Positions 34,238 to 42,162 of a DNA stretch of 63,134 nucleotides are shown one piece after another. The DNA is from a virus (Duplodnaviria; Caudoviricetes), in the IMG/VR virus record IMGVR_UViG_3300044946_000158, positions 1 through 63,134 of that record, one strand, 5' to 3'. Position numbers and translations under genes: made by a program. The notes under the pieces are model-generated. The model saw only the letters and a list, made by a program, of their open reading frames with translations, did no database searches and was not told the DNA's origin. Within the stretch, counting starts at the first letter, position 1. Each line of letters opens with the position of its first letter.

Positions 34238-36409
34238 CTATCCGCGCCCGCTACACATGATATTCGCGGTGTACTGCGTGCTGACCACGGGCGTTCCGAT
34301 GAAACTGATTATTGCCTGTGTCTGGGTGGTCGCAATATCCCAATAAGTCAGACCGGATGCGCCGTCACCACGTGAAATAGAACAGATCGGATTGGTGTTA
34401 ACCCACGCGCCGTCCTTGAACGTGACGGTAATGGTGGGATTGGCGGTGGGCGTTCCGGTACCAGCGGTTATCACTAAAACGAAAAGTGGGTCGTAACCAG
34501 AGACGGTTAGAGACGGAGAGGTGCCCCAGCCTGCGCTTAGTACCCCATCGATGTTGGCGAGTGCGGTTCCTTGGTTATAATAGGGTCGCTTGACCTTGGT
34601 CTGCGCGCCTGTATCAGTGATGCCTACAGCAGAAAGCGTGCTTGAGAAGGCTCCGGTAGTCGCTCCCAGAACCGGACCATTCACGGTAATTCCGCAGAAG
34701 CTAGCGGTGGCTCCCGCATATTTCACAACGCACCAGTTCGCGGTACCGTTCGTGTCGGTATTCGTGGGATATCCCAGGGAGGTGAGATTCTGGTTATTAA
34801 TCCACGCAACCGTGGCCTTAGTGCTGTTCGCAGTGATTCCACCAGACGCAAAGCAGCACATCCAATTTCGCTCGGCGGTCAAGGTTACCGCGGTATTGGC
34901 GTTGGAAGTACCGGAGATGGCGATATTGAATGGATAGGTGCTGGCACAAGTCCCCGCCGGACAACTAAGAGTATTGTCGCTAAAGATGAGATTACGCAGG
35001 GTCAGTTGATTGGTGCTGGTGTTGCTGATATGCAGGACCTGTTGATGCGGGTAAGCCACCGAGCCGCCGTCGAACACAATGGTGTTGTGATGAAAATTAA
35101 CATTATCGCCGAAAGTCAGCGTGGCAGTCGGATTGGCGTCGTCCCAATCTACCAGATAATCCTGCCGCTCCATGTTGGGGCAGTCGTGAACGTCGATGCC
35201 AACATTGTTGCCGCCCATCAAAAACGCAATAGTGTTTTGGAAGAACTGGCAATCGGCAATGTCCACGTTAGTCGCGCCTACGAGTTTCACAGCCACGCCA
35301 CCATTATCCGCGTACATGCTGTGACTGACTACCCCACCAGAGTTGCTGAAGTCATAGACCGTGGCGAAACCAGGACTGGTCGTGCTGGTAACAAAGACAT
35401 TGTCGAGTTCCACTTGGCTGCAATAGGTACATGCGATTCCCACGCCCTGGTTGCTCACGACAGTCCCGTTGATTAGGAAATTGCGTAGATGCACCCCGTA
35501 GATTGCACTCGTGCCATTGTTGATACTAAGAGCCGTGCCTGTGCCGGTGTATTTCAGCGAGGATACCGGAGCCGAGCCCGCACCGCCCTGCTCGACAGCA
35601 CCCTCGATCTGAACGGCTTGGGTGAAAGCGAGACCAGTCGCGTAGGCACAGGTTTGCGGGGGGAGTTTAAGGATGCCGCCAGCAGAAATGGCAAAGTTAC
35701 CCGCTGCTTGCAAAGCGGTGGAATCATTGGTGGTGCCGTCGCATACTGCACCGAATGCAGCAGCAGTAGGGTCCACCCACGGGTTAGGTCCCTTGAATGA
35801 CACGCTAGCGAGGAAGGAATTGGTGCCTGTGAATGTATTATTGAAGCCGAGAAACGCGGCGGTGGTGGCACAGGACCCAGCGGAGGAGGTGATCGGGCCG
35901 GTAAGCGCGGGCGTCTGTGCACAAGCGAGTAAGCCAGTGAGGTCCGCGAAATTAGGCTGCACGAACGCAAGCGTAGCCGGGGAAGAGGTATTGTTGCCGA
36001 AATAGAGATGCGGGCCGACTGTGCCGCCCACAAAGGTGCCCGTGTCAAACAGGGGGATGTCCGAGTAGGTTACGGGTAACGGGAAGCCCGCACCGGAGAG
36101 GGTAATATCGTAGCGTCCATTGGCGGCGTAAAACTGCCAGTGGCCGTTGGTCTGGGCAGTGAACGGGTTAGCGAGTATGGTGCCGACGTTGTCCGAGTAG
36201 ATGGGATTCGCCAGCCCGCCACCATGGACATAAATTGAGACGGTACAAGCTGGATAGGAGACCTGCACCTGCGTCGTAGAGTTCAGGCCAGCGGTCAGCA
36301 CGGGCTGCGCGCCGGACTCGCACCAGCCTTGATAATTCGGCAGCGCCGACGCGAGCGCCGGGCACGCGAGCGCCACGAGTACTAGCAGCAGGTATCGCGG
36401 GCGCATCAT
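34238..36409 (-). CDS. tail spike with signal peptide, virion-binding N-domain and beta-helix
   Basis: MMRPRYLLLVLVALACPALASA|; IYSD.....ANPF......FYAANGRYD; FGAVCDGTTNDSTALQAA spike motif. Confidence 0.8.
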   Translation of the reverse strand: MMRPRYLLLVLVALACPALASALPNYQGWCESGAQPVLTAGLNSTTQVQVSYPACTVSIYVHGGGLANPIYSDNVGTILANPFTAQTNGHWQFYAANGRYDITLSGAGFPLPVTYSDIPLFDTGTFVGGTVGPHLYFGNNTSSPATLAFVQPNFADLTGLLACAQTPALTGPITSSAGSCATTAAFLGFNNTFTGTNSFLASVSFKGPNPWVDPTAAAFGAVCDGTTNDSTALQAAGNFAISAGGILKLPPQTCAYATGLAFTQAVQIEGAVEQGGAGSAPVSSLKYTGTGTALSINNGTSAIYGVHLRNFLINGTVVSNQGVGIACTYCSQVELDNVFVTSTTSPGFATVYDFSNSGGVVSHSMYADNGGVAVKLVGATNVDIADCQFFQNTIAFLMGGNNVGIDVHDCPNMERQDYLVDWDDANPTATLTFGDNVNFHHNTIVFDGGSVAYPHQQVLHISNTSTNQLTLRNLIFSDNTLSCPAGTCASTYPFNIAISGTSNANTAVTLTAERNWMCCFASGGITANSTKATVAWINNQNLTSLGYPTNTDTNGTANWCVVKYAGATASFCGITVNGPVLGATTGAFSSTLSAVGITDTGAQTKVKRPYYNQGTALANIDGVLSAGWGTSPSLTVSGYDPLFVLVITAGTGTPTANPTITVTFKDGAWVNTNPICSISRGDGASGLTYWDIATTQTQAIISFIGTPVVSTQYTANIMCSGRG

Positions 36410-37380
36410 GCCGGACCCGCCGTGCCGGAGAGCGTCGAGTAATGCGGCACCCACATGCGCTGCAGGTGATGGATGGAATAGTAATTGTCCACCAGTTCCT
36501 TGTCCTGACGGCGATACTGGATGAGCAGCTTTTTGTATTCGGAATCGGCCGCGCCCATGAGGAACCGGAAATCCGGCCCCGAGGATCGCGGGGACATGTC
36601 CTTGTTGGCCTCCGCCCATTCGTAGGCGAAGTAGCGGGCCTTCGCGAGTACCAGGGCCTCGTCGATGGATGGCGGCAGCGCGTCCGTCAGGTTCACGAGG
36701 TCCGTGCCGCGGCGCAGGCCGTAACACTGATACGTGTAAGGTGAGATGGGCTGGCCCCAGAGTTCGAACATCGGCCAGCCCAGCGTTGGCGAGCCGGGAC
36801 GCTGGTCGGTGCCGAGGGACACGATAGCGGTCGGCTGCGCGACCCACGAGCGCTGCGGGTCCGACTCGTCGAGCATCGCCCGAGTCATGGTCAGGTCCAG
36901 GTAATCGGCCCACGCGAGATTGCGCACCGAGATCCAAGTGAGAAAGTCGGACATCGGCGGCGTGTAGTAGGCCTGGTACACGGAATAGGCGATTGCGGTC
37001 CCGCCAAGATCGTCCATCGGGCGGTCCAGCGTGGCGGTCGAGACTTGGTCCCATGCGATGATGGAGTAGATGCCTGCGATGCCGGGCGACGCGCTGGGAC
37101 GGAACTGGCGCTGGGTGACGAGCGACACGAGTGATGAGGAAGCGTTCAGCGCGGCGGTCGCGGTCGCATCGAAGATGACTGTGTTCGCGCCCTGCGTGGT
37201 CGTGACCGTGCCTGCGTTAACCAGCGGCGGCGATACTAGGGATGATTGAAAGAGGTTAAAAGACCACAGGTGCGATTCGCGGACGGCCCGCCATGCGCGA
37301 TTTATTAATGTGCGCGAAAATGCGAATGGAATCTTAGGTACGCTGCCACGTAGCTCAGCTTGCATATCCCCGAATGCCAC
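36406..37380 (-). CDS. putative adaptor/neck protein
   Basis: INRAW..V.....WSF...GTVT motif; located after the capsid genes. Confidence 0.6.
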   Translation of the reverse strand: MAFGDMQAELRGSVPKIPFAFSRTLINRAWRAVRESHLWSFNLFQSSLVSPPLVNAGTVTTTQGANTVIFDATATAALNASSSLVSLVTQRQFRPSASPGIAGIYSIIAWDQVSTATLDRPMDDLGGTAIAYSVYQAYYTPPMSDFLTWISVRNLAWADYLDLTMTRAMLDESDPQRSWVAQPTAIVSLGTDQRPGSPTLGWPMFELWGQPISPYTYQCYGLRRGTDLVNLTDALPPSIDEALVLAKARYFAYEWAEANKDMSPRSSGPDFRFLMGAADSEYKKLLIQYRRQDKELVDNYYSIHHLQRMWVPHYSTLSGTAGPA

Positions 37381-37395
37381 ACGCTCACCATTCCC

Positions 37396-37539
37396 TCAGC
37401 CTCGTTTGACGCCAGTCTTCAGATGGCGCTTGGGGCGTTTCGAGTGTGAGTGTACCAGCGGCGCACGTCCGCGCTCGCCCTTGTGGAACTGGGGAGGTTC
37501 CTTCTCGTGACCCATGTGATGTCCGCGGCTACGTGCCAT
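37396..37539 (-). CDS. 47-aa His/Arg/Lys-rich protein
   Basis: SD AGGAGG; MARSRGHHMGHEKEPPQFHKGERGRAPLVHSHSKRPKRHLKTGVKRG. Confidence 0.6.
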   Translation of the reverse strand: MARSRGHHMGHEKEPPQFHKGERGRAPLVHSHSKRPKRHLKTGVKRG

Positions 37540-37547
37540 GCTGCCTC

Positions 37548-37907
37548 CTAGACTAATCGTAAGCGAACTCGGATGCTCTTACCGGAAAGGTTAACCGCGT
37601 TGGCCACTTCGAGGCCCGTGGCTAGAACGAACCAGCGCAGCACGACGGATGGTAGCGCGTTGGCCATGGGACCGCTGGTCGACTGGTTCAGATTCATGAT
37701 GTACACGTAATTGATGCCGTCGCTTGAGACCGCATCCGCCTCCGCATACTCAATGCCGCCGAAGCCGAGGTCCGACGCATTGATCGTTTCGCCGGATGTT
37801 AGCGTCACGCCAGTATTGTTGTAGGACGCTGGACCATCGTGGTCAATGACCATTTCATACTTCGCCCCCACGGGCTGCGGGTATCCTGCCATTGGTCGGT
37901 TGGCCAT
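37548..37907 (-). CDS. putative capsid-associated protein
   Basis: SD AAGGAG; GPASY....G...LG and EVA...NLS motifs. Confidence 0.65.
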   Translation of the reverse strand: MANRPMAGYPQPVGAKYEMVIDHDGPASYNNTGVTLTSGETINASDLGFGGIEYAEADAVSSDGINYVYIMNLNQSTSGPMANALPSVVLRWFVLATGLEVANAVNLSGKSIRVRLRLV

Positions 37908-37916
37908 GCTTGCTCC

Positions 37917-38564
37917 TTACAGTCGCCCGATGCTACGGGTGATGAACACTGGGCTGATGGTCGAAATTACCGGAGTGCCGACCGCCACACCGAAGATGTT
38001 CCCTAGGGTAATGGTGGTGAGGGCCACGCCTGCGTCGGCAGTGGACGCCACGGCGGCGGATACTTTCGCGGATACTGAGGATCCGACGGCGGCGGCGGTC
38101 AGCGCGGAGTCGAACAGCACCGAGGCCAGCCCCTGGACCTGCACCCAGCCGTAGTTCCCCTTGGTAATCGCGTTGATGAAAATGCCCGCGAAGTACACCG
38201 GGAGCAGGGTGGTCGGCTGCACGTCGGCGGTCACGCGGTACTGCGGCGTGGCACCTGAGCCGAGGTCGGTGGCTTGATAGAACGCAATGGTCCCGCGCGC
38301 CGGCGCGGCGGTGGAAGTCGCGAGCGTCTGGAAGTAGGTGTAGATTCCGCCGTAGAGCGTGCCGGTGCCGACTGTGTCCGAGAGGGCCAGTGCGGTCGCA
38401 TCGTCGAGACAGATGCGGTCTCCGGGCGTGGTCGCGGAAACGATAGGTCCGGTGATGCCCGCTGGCAGCGAGACGACCAAGCCACCTTGCGCGGCGTCGT
38501 TGATATTGTTCAGGTAGCGGGCCGAGAGCTGCTCGGCTTGTTTGGTGTAGTATCCTGCGGCCAT
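37917..38564 (-). CDS. putative capsid cement/decoration protein
   Basis: SD AAGGAG; immediately after the MCP; G.YGW.QV.G motif. Confidence 0.65.
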   Translation of the reverse strand: MAAGYYTKQAEQLSARYLNNINDAAQGGLVVSLPAGITGPIVSATTPGDRICLDDATALALSDTVGTGTLYGGIYTYFQTLATSTAAPARGTIAFYQATDLGSGATPQYRVTADVQPTTLLPVYFAGIFINAITKGNYGWVQVQGLASVLFDSALTAAAVGSSVSAKVSAAVASTADAGVALTTITLGNIFGVAVGTPVISTISPVFITRSIGRL

Positions 38565-38573
38565 GGTCGCTCC

Positions 38574-39716
38574 TTAGAATCCCGCTCCGACCACGCCAAC
38601 GTTGTCACGTGGCGAGGTGGTATAAAAGTTGATCCCTAATTTGAGAAACATGACTATCAAATCCGCGTTCGTTTGCGAGCGAATCGGCGGCGTGAAGTTA
38701 AAGTTATACTCCGGGTCCGCACTGGGGCGAATCTTCCAGCCCTTGACCCGCAGCCAGAAGAACGGCTCGCCGGGGTTGCACAAGGTAGATGACGGATAAT
38801 TGGAAATCGCCCGCTGCCCCGCAGACAGTGACGGGGTCGTGAAGGTCGTGGGCTTGATGGAGGTGGTCTGCGACAAACCGGACGGGAGAATCTGGCCGTA
38901 TTTCGTGGACGGGCAGAGTTTCTCTTCGAAAATCATGGCGTCCAGAATCTTGATGCCGGACATCCCGATGTCCACGTCCTTTTCCTGCGCGAACCGCTGC
39001 TTGGGCTCTTGGCGTTCGAGGAGGTAGGCGTACAGGGCTTTGTTGCACAGGCCGATGTCCGGGCGCTGACTGCAATTGAGATAGGCTTCGAGCAGCAGCT
39101 TGTAGGAGACTTGGCCGGGATTGCCCGCTTGGTCACCGGCCCAGATGGGGATGGAGTTCAGAGCGTTCAGCGTGGCGCCGTTGCGCAGGATGCCGCCGTA
39201 GGTGGTGAACACGTTGCCGTCCCACGAGGGATTGATGCCGTCGTTCAGGGCTTCCGACAGACCGTTCACGAAAATGAGGCGGTTTGATCCGGTGATGGAT
39301 TGGCCGTGGCGGAAGAAGTCGATGCCGAGGTCGGTATTGAGAGCCTGCACCGCGTTGACCATGTACGCGTCAATGAGCTTGACCTTCACGGCTGGCCCGG
39401 AGCCTTGCAGCACGTTGGTCTGCCAGAGGTTCAGCGGGACCTGCTCGTTGTAGTCTTTCGGTACGAAGCCCATTGCGGAGATGATGTTCTTTTGAAAGAC
39501 GGCTACGTCTTGACCGGGAGCGACAGCTCCCCCGTTCACGCGGTCATACATGAACGGAATCTGCATGAGCGAGCCGCCCAGGAATTCGTCGACCGCGCCC
39601 ATGGAGCGCATCTTGCGCTGCCAGGCGGAGTCGTAAAAGAAGTTGTCATAGAGTATATCTTCGCGCAGCTCGGCCAACGTGGTTGCCGCGATCATATCGA
39701 ACAGTGGATCTGCCAT
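38574..39716 (-). CDS. major capsid protein
   Basis: SD AGGAG; 380 aa following the scaffold; ATTL...DNFF, GL..A..DG, YGGI.R motifs. Confidence 0.75.
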   Translation of the reverse strand: MADPLFDMIAATTLAELREDILYDNFFYDSAWQRKMRSMGAVDEFLGGSLMQIPFMYDRVNGGAVAPGQDVAVFQKNIISAMGFVPKDYNEQVPLNLWQTNVLQGSGPAVKVKLIDAYMVNAVQALNTDLGIDFFRHGQSITGSNRLIFVNGLSEALNDGINPSWDGNVFTTYGGILRNGATLNALNSIPIWAGDQAGNPGQVSYKLLLEAYLNCSQRPDIGLCNKALYAYLLERQEPKQRFAQEKDVDIGMSGIKILDAMIFEEKLCPSTKYGQILPSGLSQTTSIKPTTFTTPSLSAGQRAISNYPSSTLCNPGEPFFWLRVKGWKIRPSADPEYNFNFTPPIRSQTNADLIVMFLKLGINFYTTSPRDNVGVVGAGF

Positions 39717-39747
39717 TTTACTGCTCCTTAACTATCCGCTGCGAATA

Positions 39748-40581
39748 CTAATTGGTAAGATTCTTCTCCATCAATTTCTTGGTAGCCCGCATCACGCGGT
39801 CATTCGCGAGCGTGTTCTCGTTGGAATCCCACGGCTGCTTGGTGCGGTCGCCCTGCGCTCGCGGAGTGAACGGCGATGACGATGGCACGAACGGTCGCGT
39901 GTCCGGGTTGCCGTACTGCGACGCGAACTTTTCACGCGCTTGGGCCTCGCCCTGCTCGATAAGGCGCTTTTCGTAGGCGGCTTTGTCGGCGGCGTCGCGC
40001 GCGGCGATGGCGTCGTCCACCTTGTACTTTTCCTTCCACACTGCCTCGACCGATAGCTTGCGCGACACGGCTTCTTGACGCAGCGCACGAAAGTTCAGCA
40101 TCTTGTCGGGGAACAGGCGCTGGTGCTGGTAGGCGATGTCCTGCGCGGTGGCGATGGCTTCGCCCTCTTTATCGGCGATGCGCAGAATCTCATCACTGGT
40201 AAAATATTTCGAGGCGTCGAATCCATTCGCAGGCAGCGGCGTATCTTTGGGAGGCACGTTAAAGCCTGCTTTCTCGGCCAGTTCAATGAGGCCTTGGTCC
40301 TGCGCGGCTTTGACGAGAGCGATAGCGCGCGCCTTCTCACTTTCAGCGGACATGTACTTTTTCTCCATGTCCTTGTACGCGGCGGCGGTCGTGTCGAACC
40401 ATTCGTTGGCCTTGTCGTTATACTCACGGGCCTTGCGCTTCTCCGTCGCGGCTTCTTCGGCGGCCTGAGCTGCCTTGGCTTCGGAGGCGAGCCACGCTTT
40501 TTCGGCGACCGGGTGATTGAGGGCCTTGATGTCCTCATCGGACGCGCCCTGCGACTTCAGATAATCTGTGTAGGCGGACAT
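39748..40581 (-). CDS. putative scaffolding protein
   Basis: SD GGAGG; charged coiled coil directly upstream of the MCP. Confidence 0.6.
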   Translation of the reverse strand: MSAYTDYLKSQGASDEDIKALNHPVAEKAWLASEAKAAQAAEEAATEKRKAREYNDKANEWFDTTAAAYKDMEKKYMSAESEKARAIALVKAAQDQGLIELAEKAGFNVPPKDTPLPANGFDASKYFTSDEILRIADKEGEAIATAQDIAYQHQRLFPDKMLNFRALRQEAVSRKLSVEAVWKEKYKVDDAIAARDAADKAAYEKRLIEQGEAQAREKFASQYGNPDTRPFVPSSSPFTPRAQGDRTKQPWDSNENTLANDRVMRATKKLMEKNLTN

Positions 40582-40584
40582 GTG

Positions 40585-41025
40585 TTACCTCCCCCAACGC
40601 GAGCGCGTGGATTCCTGCGCGGGTACGTTATGTGGTGCAGGCGCGGGCGTAACAGGTGTATTAACCGGAGCCGGTGCTCGCAAAAAGGGTGACGGCGCGG
40701 GACCAGTACGCACGACCGCATCCGGCACGTCGCCTACGACGCAGGACATCGCCATGTCCATCTGCCGCGCGGCTTCGTCGGTGTGCTTCGCGGTTTCGGG
40801 GAAACGCTTCACGAGAGCAGCCAGCCCACGCTTGACCGCCGCGAACATGCGAATAGTGGTCGAGTAGTCCTCATGTGCGGCAGCGGCGTCTTGCGCTCGC
40901 GCAGCAGCGAGGTCGGTCGCGGCCAGTTGCGAATCAGCCCCGCGACGGAACGCCTCGTTGTGCAGGAGCGGGGCTACGTACCCCGCGTCCTCGGCTCCGA
41001 TGAGTTCGTTAAGATTGCGTGCCAT
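40585..41025 (-). CDS. hypothetical protein
   Basis: SD AAGGAGA. Confidence 0.7.
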   Translation of the reverse strand: MARNLNELIGAEDAGYVAPLLHNEAFRRGADSQLAATDLAAARAQDAAAAHEDYSTTIRMFAAVKRGLAALVKRFPETAKHTDEAARQMDMAMSCVVGDVPDAVVRTGPAPSPFLRAPAPVNTPVTPAPAPHNVPAQESTRSRWGR

Positions 41026-41034
41026 TGTATCTCC

Positions 41035-41340
41035 TTATCCCGCACTAGGCGGGGCTGCAGGTTCACCGGGCTGCTGGTGCTCCATCATTCCGGCCATTAC
41101 CTTGCGCATAAGATCGTTGATTTGCTCGACGAAGGGGGCGGTACCGGGGTAGGCCTTCGCAATGGTACGGAGATTCTGCACGATGGAGATGGCCATCTGT
41201 GTCCCTTGCTGCATCGCGGGCGCCGGGGCGGCGGGCGACGGAGAGGCTGCGGCGGGCGAGGTCGGGGATTGAGGCGAGGACTGCGGGGACGCGCCATCGG
41301 CTGACGGCGGAGGCTGGAGGGCTGAAGGTGAGCTGGCCAC
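41035..41340 (-). CDS. hypothetical Pro/Ser-rich head-module protein
   Basis: GTG start; helical core between Pro-rich tails. Confidence 0.6.
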   Translation of the reverse strand: MASSPSALQPPPSADGASPQSSPQSPTSPAAASPSPAAPAPAMQQGTQMAISIVQNLRTIAKAYPGTAPFVEQINDLMRKVMAGMMEHQQPGEPAAPPSAG

Positions 41341-41353
41341 GGGTCACGGGGGT

Positions 41354-41518
41354 TCAGGCGCGCTTGTGCGCTTGCTTCGACGCTTTCTTCATGCTGCCGG
41401 AGACGAGATTCTCGGAGCGCATGTCGGATTTCAGCGAGAGCTTGCGCTTGCTGCCGCCCAGCTTCACGAGGTTGCCTACGAATCCGCCGCGCTTGCTGCG
41501 TGACTTGCCATATGCCAT
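41354..41518 (-). CDS. 54-aa Lys/Arg-rich protein
   Basis: SD AGGGAG before ATG 41518. Confidence 0.65.
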   Translation of the reverse strand: MAYGKSRSKRGGFVGNLVKLGGSKRKLSLKSDMRSENLVSGSMKKASKQAHKRA

Positions 41519-41681
41519 TGCGAATCTCCCTAATGAACTCTGAATCGTAAAACTGGGGGCGGGAGGAACGGCTGCCATCCGCGGCGTCCGTTCCGTCCCT
41601 GCTCCGGGATTACCCTGTCGGGGAGCCTGCCGTACCAGCCGGGTTCAGGGGCGGGGCCGGGGCTCGTCGGGTCAGGGACAG

Positions 41682-41747
41682 TTATTTCTTGTGTCCGCGC
41701 TTCCGGCCACGCTTGCGGTCGGCTACGAACCTGTCGTTGGTATTCAT
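41682..41747 (-). CDS. 21-aa basic micro-ORF MNTNDRFVADRKRGRKRGHKK
   Basis: SD GGAGG 8 nt upstream; flanked by structured RNA. Confidence 0.5.
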   Translation of the reverse strand: MNTNDRFVADRKRGRKRGHKK

Positions 41748-41752
41748 TCTGA

Positions 41753-41904
41753 TTGCCTCCGTGAGATTCGGTCCCTGAACGTGAAAAAGCCCGCGACCGA
41801 CTTGGTAATCAGGAGAGGAGGCAAAAAAGGAATGCCGGGGCCTGATTACTGTCTATCGCGGGCCATTCGATTCGCTACGGATTTCGTGGCGTCGTTTAGG
41901 AACC
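41753..41904 (-). ncRNA. candidate structured leader RNA of the capsid operon
   Basis: Stems GGUUCCUAAACG/CGUUCAGGGACC, GCCCGCGAU/GUCGCGGGC, GUAAUCAGG/CCUGAUUAC; loop UUGCCUCC complementary to the downstream SD. Confidence 0.55.
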
Positions 41905-41949
41905 CGTTCGAGATGAGTGGAACACACGATGGGGGGAGCGTGTCAACAC

Positions 41950-42162
41950 TTATTTTTCGTCGGGGTAGATGCGGTGTTGCTCGCGGAAGGTTACCGAGCC
42001 AACCGAGCCCTGCGTCATGTTCACGATTAGCGTGCCCGTGGCGTGTTCGAGGTGCAGCAGGGCGAGAATAGTTTCGGTATCCATGCACGTGTTGAAATTG
42101 CGTTCGCGCACGAGTTGGTGGGATTCGGCAGGTGGCGTGGGAATGCGAGTGTGGGTAGACAT
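41950..42162 (-). CDS. hypothetical protein
   Basis: TAATG overlap with the portal stop; TG.L.VN..QG motif. Confidence 0.6.
   Translation of the reverse strand: MSTHTRIPTPPAESHQLVRERNFNTCMDTETILALLHLEHATGTLIVNMTQGSVGSVTFREQHRIYPDEK

Noticed and set aside
36410-37054. N-terminal extension of the 938-aa spike ORF
   Set aside because: Overlaps the 36406-37380 gene; the ATGA-coupled start at 36409 gives a clean signal peptide
41915-41946. Promoter upstream of the structured leader
   Set aside because: TTGACA is present but the only -10-like hexamer (TCCACT) is weak and 19 nt away; not supportable
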